Assembly (NCBI GenBank): GCA_038245905.1
Contig: JBBRRY010000001.1
Span: forward strand, 96,001 to 160,000
Reading direction: 5' to 3'
DNA length: 64,000 nt
DNA from: Thermoanaerobaculia bacterium
Lineage (GTDB): Bacteria > Acidobacteriota > Thermoanaerobaculia > UBA5066
Shown here: in pieces, positions 51,188-61,158 of the stretch
Numbering within the stretch: the first letter of the stretch is position 1
Layout of the letters: each line of letters opens with the position of its first letter
The notes under the pieces: generated by a model
What the model was told of the DNA's origin: nothing
The model's database searches: none
What the model saw: the letters and a program-made list of their open reading frames with translations, nothing else
Translations under genes and position numbers: made by a program

Positions 51188-53062
51188 ATGGAATCTTCAA
51201 GAGGGTCAAAGGGTTGGCTGCTCCGCGCGGCGGCTCTCGCGCTTCTCGCGACGAGCGCAGACGGGTACGCGCCGGCCGCGCCGCTCGCGGCCGACATCCT
51301 GCCGCTCTCGGCCGTCCGGACGGGAATGAAAGGCTACGGTCTGACCGTGCTTCGCGGCTCCCTCGTGGAGCGTTTCGACGTCGAAGTCCTCGGGATCGTG
51401 CCGAACACCCTCGGGCGTTCGCAGATCATCGTCCGCGTCGGCGGGCTCGGTCTCGAAAAGACAGGCATTCTCGCGGGGATGAGCGGCAGCCCCGTCTACT
51501 TCGAGGGCCGCCTCGCCGGGGCTGTGGCCTCCACGTGGGGCTTCGCGAAGGAGCCCATCGGCGCGGTCACGCCGATCGAATCGATGCTTGCAATCGACGG
51601 CGGGGAAGACGTTCCGCGCGTCGGCGCCGGAACAGCTTCGCGCGTGCCGGTCGCGCCCTTCACGGGCGGATTCAGCGAATTCGCAGCGGCCCTGGCCCTC
51701 CCGGAAGATGAAAGGCTTCTCGCCCTTCGCCGGATCGTGGACGCGCGTCCGGGATGGCCCGCGCACGCCTCCTCCTCGCTCCTGGCCCCCGCCTGCACGG
51801 GTTTCCCGGTCGACACGCTCGGGCGATGGAGCACCGACCTCGCCCGGCTCGGGATCCCTCTCGAGTCGGGAACGCTGCCGGCTCTTCCGGGAACCGCCCT
51901 TCAGGCGACCGAACGGGCACGCCCCGCGGCGCCGCTCGCGCCCGGTTCCGCCCTGACGGCCCTCCTCATCGACGGCGACCTCCAGCTCGGCGCGACCGGG
52001 ACCGTCACGCGCGTGGACGGAGACGGACGGTTCCTCGCGTTCGGGCACCCGTTCCTCGGAGCGGGACCCATCGACCTGCCGGCCGCTCCGGCGGAAGTCG
52101 TGACGGTCTTCCCGAGCGCGATGCTCTCGTTCAAGGTGGCCTACGCTCTAGCCCCGGCTTATCGCCTGACGCACGACCGCGACAGCGGCGTGGCCGGGCG
52201 CACGGACCGGACCGTGCCCCTCGTCCCCGTGCGGTTCCGGCTCGAGTCGGGCGGGGGAAGCGTCCGCACGCTGTCCTGGGGCGTCGCGCGCGAAACGGCG
52301 CTGCTTCCGATCCTCCTCTCGATCTCGCTGGATGCGGCGCTTACGACGCTCGACGCGACGCCCGTCGACCGGACGCTTCGCCTCCGCGTGGCCGTCGACA
52401 CGAAGACAGGGCCCTTCGTGTACGCCGACCAGATGACGGGCCCGCGCGCCAAGGAGCTCGCCCTCATGACGGCGAACGTCCTGACCGGTCTCGTCGCCCA
52501 GAACGAGTACGAGGATCCCGGGATCACCGGCGTGGACGTCTCGATCGTGAGCACTCCCGGTGAGAGGAGGCTGCGGATCGTGGAGGCGGCTCTCTCCACG
52601 CGGAAGGCCGTACCGGGCGAGACGCTGCATGCAACGGTTCGGCTCGTGGATCGCCGCGGCTCCCCCTCGACGCGCGTCCTGTCCCTCACCGTGCCGAAGG
52701 AGACGCCCGAAGGCCGCGCGATCGTTCTCGTCGGAGACGGCAACGCGGCCTCGAGCGCGCATCTTGCGGCCGATCCGGCCGAGCCGCGCAGCCTCGCGGG
52801 TCTCCGCGCCGCGATCGGGCGGCTCGTTCCCGCGGACCGGCTCGCGGCGTTGCTGCTCGTCCCCGCGCGGGGGGCCACGACGGGGGACGGCACCCTTTCG
52901 GCGCTTCCTCCTTCCTTCGCGATGGTCCTCACCGAGGGTAGCGAGGGAAACCCGCGCCCGTCCGTTCCGTCCCGCATCCTCGCCGAAGAAATCCTCGTCC
53001 TCGACCGGCCCGCGTCCGGTGCCGTGCGCCTCGAGCTCGAGATAGAAAGGCCCCGCTCCTGA
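51188..53062 (+). CDS. SpoIVB-like peptidase S55 domain protein (secreted)
   Basis: GMKGYGLTV, GILAGMSGSPVY (catalytic Ser), GTVT..D...FLAFGHP motifs; signal peptide. Confidence 0.85.
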   Translation: MESSRGSKGWLLRAAALALLATSADGYAPAAPLAADILPLSAVRTGMKGYGLTVLRGSLVERFDVEVLGIVPNTLGRSQIIVRVGGLGLEKTGILAGMSGSPVYFEGRLAGAVASTWGFAKEPIGAVTPIESMLAIDGGEDVPRVGAGTASRVPVAPFTGGFSEFAAALALPEDERLLALRRIVDARPGWPAHASSSLLAPACTGFPVDTLGRWSTDLARLGIPLESGTLPALPGTALQATERARPAAPLAPGSALTALLIDGDLQLGATGTVTRVDGDGRFLAFGHPFLGAGPIDLPAAPAEVVTVFPSAMLSFKVAYALAPAYRLTHDRDSGVAGRTDRTVPLVPVRFRLESGGGSVRTLSWGVARETALLPILLSISLDAALTTLDATPVDRTLRLRVAVDTKTGPFVYADQMTGPRAKELALMTANVLTGLVAQNEYEDPGITGVDVSIVSTPGERRLRIVEAALSTRKAVPGETLHATVRLVDRRGSPSTRVLSLTVPKETPEGRAIVLVGDGNAASSAHLAADPAEPRSLAGLRAAIGRLVPADRLAALLLVPARGATTGDGTLSALPPSFAMVLTEGSEGNPRPSVPSRILAEEILVLDRPASGAVRLELEIERPRS

Positions 53063-55284
53063 TGCGACGTTCCGCGCTGACTCTCGCCTTTTTCGCCGCC
53101 GCTGTCCTCGTCGCGTCGCGGCTCCTCGGTGGGACTTCCCGCATCGCCGTCACGGCGGGAGCGCGCGACTTCCTCGCGGGCGACTCAAAGGGCGTCGCCG
53201 TCTCCGCCGACGGAAGGCTCACGCTCGGCGCGGCCCTCGCGGCCCGCTCGTGGCCCGATGACGCGGCGGATGCCGCCGTCTTCGCCGCGGCGGGGAATGG
53301 TGCCGGCAGCATCTTCGTGGCCACGGGCGGTGGGCTGGGCCGGCTCTTCGTTTCGGATGGTGCGAACGTGAAGCTCCTTTTCAGCGCGCCCGAACCGAAC
53401 ATCACGGCGGTCGCCGTGGCGCCGGACGGTGCGGTCGTGTGCGCGTCTTCCCCGAACGGGAAGATCTATCGCGTCGACCCGAAGGCGACGGACGCGGCAA
53501 AGTCCGGTACGTTCGTCGGCGACCCGAAGGAGGCCGCCATCTGGGCTCTCGCCTTCGCGAAGGACGGCACGCTTTACGCGGGGACTGGGAACAAGGGCCG
53601 CATCTATCGCAAGGCTCCCTCGGGCACGCTCGAGCTCTTCCACGAGATCGAGGACGTTCACATCCGTACGCTCGCGGTCGGCCCGGACGGGACCGTTTAT
53701 GCGGGCACCTCCGATCGCGGTCTCGTGGTCGCATTTCCGGTCCACGGCGGTCCGCGCACGCTTTACGATTTCTCCCGCCCTGAGGTCACGGGCCTCGCCG
53801 TGGACGCACGAGGCGTCCTCTATGCCGCGGCTTCGCAGCTCGATCCGTCCTCGGGCCGGCCCGCGTTGACGGACGTTCGGCTCCGGCCCACCCCCACGCC
53901 CACGCCGCCGCCCGCGGGAACAGAGGAAGCGCCGCGCGGATCGGTATCCGTGTCCGCCTCGACTTCCGTGGTTCGACCCCCGGTCGAGCCCCGCTCGGCG
54001 AGCAGCTCGGAGATCGCCGTCATTCAGCCGGATGGCTTCGTGGAGCCCGGCTGGCTCTTCCCGGAGGAGTCGATCCTCGGCCTCCGGCTTGACGGAAACG
54101 GGGCGCTTCTCGTCGCCACGGGCTCCAAGGGGCGCATATACGAGTGGAAGGACCGGCGCGTCCGCCTCGTGGCCTCGACCGGCGAGAAGCTCGCGCTCGC
54201 GGTTCCCGCCGTGGGATCGGGATTCGCCATCGTGACGATGGGCGCGGCGGGAATACTGAGACCCGACGCAGGGAGCCCCCAGGCGGGCACGTTCACGTCG
54301 GCCGTGAAGGACGCCTTGCGTCTGTCGATGTTCGGACGCCTCCGCTGGGAGGGGGAGGTGCCCGCGGGAGCGGCCCTGTCGCTCTCCGTGCGGGCCGGGA
54401 ATTCGGACAAGCCGGACGCCACGTGGTCGGCCTGGATGCCCGTCGGCGCGGACGGAGGCGCACGCCCGCCGGTCGCCCGCTTCTTTCAGTGGAAAGCCGA
54501 CCTGAAGGCTTCGCCGAAGGGCGCATCCCCGGTTCTCGAGCGCGTGGAGCTTGCTTATGCCGAGCGCAACTCCCGTCCGGTCCTCGAGAATCTGACTCTC
54601 CTCGAGCCGGGAGCGGTCTTCGCCCGCGGCGGAACGGGCGTGGGCGTCCTCTCCGTGGCAAATCCCGACGAATCGGGAATCTATTCCGGGCTCGAAACGC
54701 CGCGCGACGGCGTGGGGGAGGGGCCCGGAAAGCGACTTTTCCGGAAGGGATACCGGACCCTCACGTGGAAGGGGACGGATCCGAATGGTGACACCCTGCG
54801 GTACGAGGTGGAGGCGCGGCGGGAAGAGAGCTCGACGTGGTTTCCGGTCCGCAAGGACCTCGAAGACACGTACCTGTCCTTCGACACGACGGCTCTCTCC
54901 GACGGCCGATACCGCTTTCGGGTCACCGCGTCGGACCGGCTCTCGCAGCCCGAAAGCGAAGCGCTCACGGCGCGCGAGGAGACCGGCGTCGTCCTCGTCG
55001 ACAACACGCCGCCCGTCCTGAAGGTGGAGTCGAAGAAGGTCGAAGGGGACGCGGTCGTCGTGACGGTTCTCGCGACGGACGCCCTTTCGCCCGTGACGAA
55101 GGGCGAGGGCGCCGTGAACGCGGATCGGTGGCGCCTCCTTCCTGCGGAGGACGGCGCCGCGGACTCACCGGTCGAGAAGTTCGTCTTCCGGATTCCGAAG
55201 CCCGCTGGACCGGCCGTTCTCTCGGTGCGAGTCCTCGACGCGATGGGCAACGTCGCGGCGGTTTCCGTGGAGTGGCCGTTTTGA
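53062..55284 (+). CDS. Secreted beta-propeller (WD40/NHL-like) protein with C-terminal Ig/FnIII-like domains
   Basis: Repeats IWALAFAKDGTLYAGTG and LAVGPDGTVYAGTS; C-terminal DPNGDTLRY, DGRYRFRVTASD, VDNTPP. Translationally coupled to the S55 gene. Confidence 0.75.
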   Translation: MRRSALTLAFFAAAVLVASRLLGGTSRIAVTAGARDFLAGDSKGVAVSADGRLTLGAALAARSWPDDAADAAVFAAAGNGAGSIFVATGGGLGRLFVSDGANVKLLFSAPEPNITAVAVAPDGAVVCASSPNGKIYRVDPKATDAAKSGTFVGDPKEAAIWALAFAKDGTLYAGTGNKGRIYRKAPSGTLELFHEIEDVHIRTLAVGPDGTVYAGTSDRGLVVAFPVHGGPRTLYDFSRPEVTGLAVDARGVLYAAASQLDPSSGRPALTDVRLRPTPTPTPPPAGTEEAPRGSVSVSASTSVVRPPVEPRSASSSEIAVIQPDGFVEPGWLFPEESILGLRLDGNGALLVATGSKGRIYEWKDRRVRLVASTGEKLALAVPAVGSGFAIVTMGAAGILRPDAGSPQAGTFTSAVKDALRLSMFGRLRWEGEVPAGAALSLSVRAGNSDKPDATWSAWMPVGADGGARPPVARFFQWKADLKASPKGASPVLERVELAYAERNSRPVLENLTLLEPGAVFARGGTGVGVLSVANPDESGIYSGLETPRDGVGEGPGKRLFRKGYRTLTWKGTDPNGDTLRYEVEARREESSTWFPVRKDLEDTYLSFDTTALSDGRYRFRVTASDRLSQPESEALTAREETGVVLVDNTPPVLKVESKKVEGDAVVVTVLATDALSPVTKGEGAVNADRWRLLPAEDGAADSPVEKFVFRIPKPAGPAVLSVRVLDAMGNVAAVSVEWPF

Positions 55285-56864
55285 AGAAGCTCGGGCTTCT
55301 CGCCGCCGCGATTCTTCTTGCCGCCTGCGGGGTTCGCGGAAAGAGCCAGGACAGCATCGTCCGCCGCCGCCTCGAAGGCGAACCGAAGACGCTCAACCCG
55401 ATCCTCGCCACTTTGGATCCCGAGCAGATCGTCATCGCGCTCCTCGAGCGCAACCTGCTGGATTACGACGAGAAGCTGAACCTCGTGCCGGGCCTCGCGG
55501 AGGAGGTCTCCGATTCTCCCGACCATCTCGTCTACACGATCCGCCTCCGCAAAGACGCGCGCTGGGAGGACGGCACGCCCGTCACCTCGACGGACGTCGT
55601 ATTCACCTTGACGACGCTCCTCGACCCCAAGGCACCCGCGCTCACACGCCGGGCGCTCTTCGATGGCTTCGTGAGTGCCGAGGCCGTGGACGCCCGCACC
55701 GCGCGCGTCGTCTTCAAATTGGCCGCGGCCGGCCGGCGCGACGCCTTCAACCTGCCGCTTCTCTCCGCCGCCGTGTTTGCAGGCGGCGCTGTGGCGACGC
55801 ATCCGCGCAACCGGAGCCCGCTTGCGAACGGCCCTTACCGGCTGGGCTCCTGGGATGCCGGCCGGACGATCACGCTCGTGCGCAACACGCAATACTTCGG
55901 CGAGAAGGCGGGCCCCGAGCAGGTGATTTTCCGCGTCGTCCCGGAGACGACGCCCTCTTTCGCGGCCCTCGGGACAGGGGACATCGACGAGATGCGCCTG
56001 ACGGCGGCGCAGAAGAAGGACCTGGACGCGAAGGCGGGCACGGCCGGCGCTCCGCGCGTCATCACGTTCGACGAGCTCTCGTACTCCTACCTCGGCTGGA
56101 ACAACCGGCTGCCGGTCTTCGCCGACCGCCGCGTGAGGCGCGCCCTCACGATGCTCGTGGACCGCGAGAGCATCAACCGTAACCTGTACGGGGGCCTCGC
56201 GAAAATCGCGAACGGACCGCTCCCGCCGGCGCACTGGGCGTGGGATGCCTCCCTCGCGCCGTGGCCGTACGACCCGAAGGCCGCCGAGGCGCTACTCGAC
56301 GACGCCGGGTTTCGAAGGGCTCCGGACGGGACGCGGCGAAACGGAAACGTACGCCTCGCCTTCACACTCTCGCTCGGCATGGGCAGCGACATCCAGCGCC
56401 AGCTCGTGGAGCTCGTCCAGCAGTCGTTCCGGAAGGCGGGCATCGAGATGGCGATCCAGCCGCTGGAGTGGGCGACCTTCGGGGCGAGAATGGACGCGGG
56501 AGAGCTCGACGCCTGGGCGGCCGCGCTGATCCTCGATCCGAACCCGGATCTCGCCGTGAGCTGGCATTCCGGCCAGACGCCTCCGACCGGCTTGAATTCC
56601 GCGTTCTACAGGAATGCCGAGGTGGACGGGCTCCTCGACCGCCTCAAGACGACGTTCGACAGGGAGCAGACGCGCACGCTGCTCGCGCGCGTGCAGGCCC
56701 TGATCCACGAGGACGAGCCGGTGACGTTCCTGAACGTTCCGCTGACCAAGTGGGGGATCTCCTCGCGCCTGACGAACGTGAAGACGTCACCGATCGGGCT
56801 CTTCATGTTCTGGCCGGGAGCGGCCGGCTGGCGCACGAGCGCGACCAGGGGTCCGATCTCGTAA
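55281..56864 (+). CDS. Peptide/nickel ABC transporter substrate-binding lipoprotein (family 5)
   Basis: Lipobox LAAC; EPKTLNP, PGLAE, WEDGTPVTSTDVVFT, NGPYRL and FADRRVRRAL motifs. TTG start overlaps the upstream stop. Confidence 0.9.
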   Translation: MKKLGLLAAAILLAACGVRGKSQDSIVRRRLEGEPKTLNPILATLDPEQIVIALLERNLLDYDEKLNLVPGLAEEVSDSPDHLVYTIRLRKDARWEDGTPVTSTDVVFTLTTLLDPKAPALTRRALFDGFVSAEAVDARTARVVFKLAAAGRRDAFNLPLLSAAVFAGGAVATHPRNRSPLANGPYRLGSWDAGRTITLVRNTQYFGEKAGPEQVIFRVVPETTPSFAALGTGDIDEMRLTAAQKKDLDAKAGTAGAPRVITFDELSYSYLGWNNRLPVFADRRVRRALTMLVDRESINRNLYGGLAKIANGPLPPAHWAWDASLAPWPYDPKAAEALLDDAGFRRAPDGTRRNGNVRLAFTLSLGMGSDIQRQLVELVQQSFRKAGIEMAIQPLEWATFGARMDAGELDAWAAALILDPNPDLAVSWHSGQTPPTGLNSAFYRNAEVDGLLDRLKTTFDREQTRTLLARVQALIHEDEPVTFLNVPLTKWGISSRLTNVKTSPIGLFMFWPGAAGWRTSATRGPIS

Positions 56865-56911
56865 TTCCATCCGGAATCTTTTTCCCGCCGTAGTGTAAGG
56901 AGTCGACGGAG

Positions 56912-58177
56912 GTGCGTCTGGAAATCGCGGTGATCGGAACGGGGATCTCGGGCCTGTCGGCGGCCTGGCTACTGTCGCGGCGCCATGAGGTCCGCGTCTT
57001 CGAGCGTGAGCCGCGCGCGGGCGGGCACGCCCACACCCAGGACGCGCCCGCCCCGGGGGGAAGAAACGTCGCGGTCGACACGGGATTCCTCGTCTTCAAC
57101 CGCGAGACATACCCGAACCTCTGCCGGCTCTTCGAAACGCTTGGGACTCCGCACCACGAAAGCGACATGTCGTTCTCCGTCCGCTGCGACGCGTGCGACC
57201 TCGAATGGTGCGGAACGGGATTCTCCGGCCTCTTCGCGCAGCCGTCGAACCTCGTGTCGCCGTCGTTCCACGGAATGCTCCGCGACATCGTGCGCTTCAA
57301 TCGCGAGGCCCCACTCCTCCTCGATCGAGCCGACGCGGACGTCCTGACTCTCGGCGCTTTCCTTCGCGAGGGCGGCTTCGGCGACGCGATGAAGCGGTAT
57401 TACCTCGCGCCCATGGCAGCCGCGGTGTGGTCGTCGGGCACGCTCGGGATCGAGGCATTCCCGGCCGCCCTCCTCGTGCGCTTCTTCAAGAACCACGGTT
57501 TCCTCGGTCTGACCACCCAGCTCCGCTGGCGCACGGTCACGGGCGGCAGTCGTCGTTACGTGGAGGCGCTCACCGCGCCCTATCGCGAGAGGATCCATCT
57601 CGCGATGCCGGTGAGATCCCTCTCTCGCGACGGGGCGGGCGTGACGCTGCGCTTTGCCGACGGCGGGACGCAGAGCTTCGGCGCCGCCGTCGTCGCGACG
57701 CACGCGGACGAAGCACTCGCCGTGCTGGCCGACCCGTCCGCGGAGGAAACGCGCCTCCTCGGCGCCTGGACCTATTCGGAGAACGACACGTTCCTGCACT
57801 CGGACGAATCCTTCCTGCCGTCGCGGCGAAAGGCGCGCGCCTCGTGGAACTACCACCTCGCGGATTGCCGCGCCCCGGCGCAGCGGGCCATCGTGACCTA
57901 CGACCTGAATCTTCTCCAGTCCGTTCCGGGTCCGGCCCGGTATCTCGTCACTCTGAATCCCGAGCGCCCTCTCGCCGAGGGAACAAGCCTTCGGAAGATG
58001 GTCTACACGCATCCCGTCTACACGACGAAGAGTCTCGCGACGCAGCCGGAGCTTCCGAAGCTGAACGGCCCGAGACGCACGTATTTCGCGGGCGCGTATT
58101 TCGGAAACGGCTTCCACGAAGACGGACTCAATTCCGGAATCGCCGCGGCCGGCGCCCTCGGAGCAGCCTTTCCGTGA
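56912..58177 (+). CDS. FAD-dependent amine-oxidase-like oxidoreductase (UfaD-like)
   Basis: IGTGISGL, GGHAHT, VDTGFLVFN..TYPN, SDMSFS and GFHEDG motifs. Confidence 0.88.
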   Translation: MRLEIAVIGTGISGLSAAWLLSRRHEVRVFEREPRAGGHAHTQDAPAPGGRNVAVDTGFLVFNRETYPNLCRLFETLGTPHHESDMSFSVRCDACDLEWCGTGFSGLFAQPSNLVSPSFHGMLRDIVRFNREAPLLLDRADADVLTLGAFLREGGFGDAMKRYYLAPMAAAVWSSGTLGIEAFPAALLVRFFKNHGFLGLTTQLRWRTVTGGSRRYVEALTAPYRERIHLAMPVRSLSRDGAGVTLRFADGGTQSFGAAVVATHADEALAVLADPSAEETRLLGAWTYSENDTFLHSDESFLPSRRKARASWNYHLADCRAPAQRAIVTYDLNLLQSVPGPARYLVTLNPERPLAEGTSLRKMVYTHPVYTTKSLATQPELPKLNGPRRTYFAGAYFGNGFHEDGLNSGIAAAGALGAAFP

Positions 58178-59016
58178 GCCTTCCCGTCCCCGCCATCTAC
58201 ACCGGCGTCGTCCGGCACGAGCGCTTCTCGCCGAAGCCGCACCGTTTCCAGTACCGCGTCTACGAAGTCCTCGTGGACGTCGACGACCTCGACGGGCTCG
58301 CGCAGCGGATTCCGTTCTTCTCGCACGGCCGCGCGAACGTCACGAGCCTCGACGACCGTGACTACATGGGGAACGGCGGCGGGTCGATCCGCGAGAAGGT
58401 GAACGGCTGGCTCGCCGGGCGCGGCGTGGCCCCTCCGGCACGCCTGTTCCTCCTGACGCACCTTCGCGTCTTCGGCTACGCGTTCAACCCCGTGAGCTAC
58501 TACTATGCGTTCGACGAGGCCGGGACGTTCGCGTTCGCTATCGCCGAGATCAACAACACGTTCGGTGAAGGGTATGCCTACCTGATCGAGCGCCCGCCGG
58601 GGGAGAACGGGGAAAACATCGCGGCGCGCTTCCCGAAGGCCTTCCACATTTCGCCGTTCATCGGCATGGACTCGACCTACACCTTTACCGTGACGCCGCC
58701 GGCGGAGTCCCTCCGCACGCACGTGGACGAGTTCGGGGCAGGGCCCGGAGGCGCGAAGTTCTTCGAGGCCTTTTTCGCGGGCCGGCGTTCGCCGTTAACG
58801 GCGCGCTCCCTCGCGGGCGCGCTTCTCCGGCACCCCCTGATGCCGTTTCGAGTCATGGCGTGGATCCATCTCCACGCGTTCTTTCTCCTCCTGAAACGCG
58901 TCCCGTCTTTCACGAAGCCTGCGCCACCCCAGGGAGCGCTTTACACCGGAGGCGCCCCCCCTTCACCGCTTGCCCGGAGAGCTCGGCCAGCCGGGAGAGC
59001 GAGGAACATCGCGTGA
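58174..59016 (+). CDS. DUF1365 family protein (UfaO-like)
   Basis: YTGVVRHER..P..HRF.Y, FGYAFNPVS, AEINNTFGE and KAFHISPF motifs; GTGA overlap. Confidence 0.88.
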   Translation: MSLPVPAIYTGVVRHERFSPKPHRFQYRVYEVLVDVDDLDGLAQRIPFFSHGRANVTSLDDRDYMGNGGGSIREKVNGWLAGRGVAPPARLFLLTHLRVFGYAFNPVSYYYAFDEAGTFAFAIAEINNTFGEGYAYLIERPPGENGENIAARFPKAFHISPFIGMDSTYTFTVTPPAESLRTHVDEFGAGPGGAKFFEAFFAGRRSPLTARSLAGALLRHPLMPFRVMAWIHLHAFFLLLKRVPSFTKPAPPQGALYTGGAPPSPLARRARPAGRARNIA

Positions 59017-60308
59017 GCTCGACCCCTTTCGCCGAAGATCGCTCTCTCGCCCCGGGAGCCGCGGGGCCGTCCGCCGCCGATCGGATCGCGGCGCGTGTCG
59101 TGCTCCATCAGCTCGCCGGGCTGAAGGGGGGCGCGATCCGCCTCGTCCTGCCCGACGGCACCGTCCTCCGCTTCGGGGACTCGTCCACGGGCCTCTCCGC
59201 CCGCATCGCAGTAGCCCGATGGCGGGCCTTTCGCCGGCTCGTCACGGGCGGCGATCTCGCCGCGGCTGAGGGCTTCATGGACGGCGACTGGGACACGGAC
59301 GACCTCGTCGCCGTCGTCAGGCTCTTCATTCTGAACGCGGGGCGTTTCGACCGCGACACTCCGCTCGCGCGCGTCACGAACTGGGGCAATTGCCTGCTGC
59401 ACGCCGCCCGGCGTAATACCCTCACCGGCTCGCGCCGGAACATCGAGGCGCACTACGATCTCGGAAACGCGTTCTACGCGCTCTTCCTCGACGAGACGAT
59501 GACGTACTCCTGTGCGCTCTTCTCCCACGCGGACGAGACGCTCGAGGAGGCGCAGCGAAACAAATGGCGGCGCGTCGCTGATCTCGCGCGCCTCCGTCCG
59601 GGCCTCTCCGTGCTGGAGATCGGATGTGGATGGGGCGGCTTCGCGGCTTACGCGGCGAAAGAGTACGGCTGCCGCGTCACGGGTCTCACGCTTTCGACGG
59701 AGCAGATGGCACGCGCGAAAGAGCACGCGAAAGAGGAAGGCGTCGCCCCTCTCGTGGACATCCGCCTGACGGACTACCGATCCCTGCCCGAAGAGGGGCG
59801 CACGTTCGACCGCATCGTGTCGATCGAGATGCTCGAGGCCGTCGGCCACGAGTACCTCGGCCGCTTCTTCGAGACCTGCGAGGCTCTTCTCTCGCGTGAC
59901 GGCCTCGCCGTGTTCCAGGCCATCACGGTGCCGGACCACAGGCACGACAGGCTCCTTTCGCGGCCCGATTTCATCAAGAAGCACGTCTTTCCCGGCAGCC
60001 ACGTTCCCTCTCTCGCCGCAATCGCGGCCGCGCTCGCCCGGAGCACGACCCTGTTCGTGGACCGCCTCGAGGAGATCGGACCGCATTACGGCGAGACGCT
60101 CCGGCGCTGGCGGACACGCTTCCTCGCGCGCCGAGCCGAGGCGGCGGCACTGGGCTTCGACGAGCGCTTCCTGAGGATGTGGGAGTACTACCTCGCGTAC
60201 TGCGAGGGGGGCTTCGTCGAGCGCTACGTGAACGACATTCAATTCGTCCTCACGCGCTCGGGCAACCGGTCGCTCGGGCAGCTGCCGGCCTACCGGGGAA
60301 CGCCGTGA
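59013..60308 (+). CDS. cfa: Cyclopropane-fatty-acyl-phospholipid synthase family SAM methyltransferase
   Basis: NIEAHYDLGN.FY, MTYSCA, LEIGCGWG, SIEMLEAVG and RMWEYYLAYCEGGF motifs. Confidence 0.88.
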   Translation: MSSTPFAEDRSLAPGAAGPSAADRIAARVVLHQLAGLKGGAIRLVLPDGTVLRFGDSSTGLSARIAVARWRAFRRLVTGGDLAAAEGFMDGDWDTDDLVAVVRLFILNAGRFDRDTPLARVTNWGNCLLHAARRNTLTGSRRNIEAHYDLGNAFYALFLDETMTYSCALFSHADETLEEAQRNKWRRVADLARLRPGLSVLEIGCGWGGFAAYAAKEYGCRVTGLTLSTEQMARAKEHAKEEGVAPLVDIRLTDYRSLPEEGRTFDRIVSIEMLEAVGHEYLGRFFETCEALLSRDGLAVFQAITVPDHRHDRLLSRPDFIKKHVFPGSHVPSLAAIAAALARSTTLFVDRLEEIGPHYGETLRRWRTRFLARRAEAAALGFDERFLRMWEYYLAYCEGGFVERYVNDIQFVLTRSGNRSLGQLPAYRGTP

Positions 60309-60326
60309 GCGGGGAAGAGCTTCCGG

Positions 60327-61139
60327 ATGCCGACTGAGGCCATTCGTCTCCTTCTCCTCGGGACGGGCCTCACCCTCACGATGATGGCGGCGCTCTGGGC
60401 GTGGCATCTCGAGCTGAAGAACGCCGGAGTCGTGGACCCGGGATGGGCGGCGGGGATCGGCCTCGTCTCGCTCCTGTATGCGTTTCTCGGTCCCGGCTGG
60501 CAGCCGCGCCGCGCGGCCGTAGCCGCAATGGGACTCATCTGGTCGGTGCGGCTCACAGTCCATCTCATCCGGCGCATGCGCGGCAAGCCCGAGGAGGGCC
60601 GCTATCAGGCGCTGCGGGCGGAGTGGGCGCGTGGTGGCGCGAACGTCCCCCGGAGGTTCCTGTTCTTCTTCCTCCTTCAGGGGCTGCTGGACGTCTTCCT
60701 GGGCCTGCCGATGCTGCTCGCGGTCCTCAACCCCGAGCCGCGCTTCTCGGGATGGGAGATCGCGGGAGCGGCTCTGTGGCTCGCCTCCCTCGCGGGGGAG
60801 ACGCTCGCCGACACCCAGCTCGACGCGTTCAAACGGGATCCGGCGAACCGGGGCAGGACTTGCGACGTCGGGCTCTGGCGGTATTCACGCCATCCGAACT
60901 ACTTCTTCGAATGGCTCGTCTGGATGGCGTGGCTCGTCTTCGCGCTCGGCTCGCCGTTGGGTCCCGTCGCCGCCCTCTGTCCGGCGCTCATGTTGTTCTT
61001 CCTGCTCCGCGTGACCGGCATCCCGGCCACGGAGGAGCAGGCGCTGAGGTCGCGCGGCGAGGAATATCGGCGCTATCAGCGCACGACGAGCGCGTTCCTC
61101 CCATGGTTCCCGAAGCCGGGTCCCGGTCCGGCGCGTTGA
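60327..61139 (+). CDS. DUF1295 family (steroid 5-alpha-reductase-like) membrane protein
   Basis: VDPGW, EEGRY, ADTQL..FK, GLWRYSRHPNYFFE and YQRTTSAFLPW motifs. Confidence 0.88.
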   Translation: MPTEAIRLLLLGTGLTLTMMAALWAWHLELKNAGVVDPGWAAGIGLVSLLYAFLGPGWQPRRAAVAAMGLIWSVRLTVHLIRRMRGKPEEGRYQALRAEWARGGANVPRRFLFFFLLQGLLDVFLGLPMLLAVLNPEPRFSGWEIAGAALWLASLAGETLADTQLDAFKRDPANRGRTCDVGLWRYSRHPNYFFEWLVWMAWLVFALGSPLGPVAALCPALMLFFLLRVTGIPATEEQALRSRGEEYRRYQRTTSAFLPWFPKPGPGPAR

Positions 61140-61158
61140 CGCCGGACGGGATGACGCC

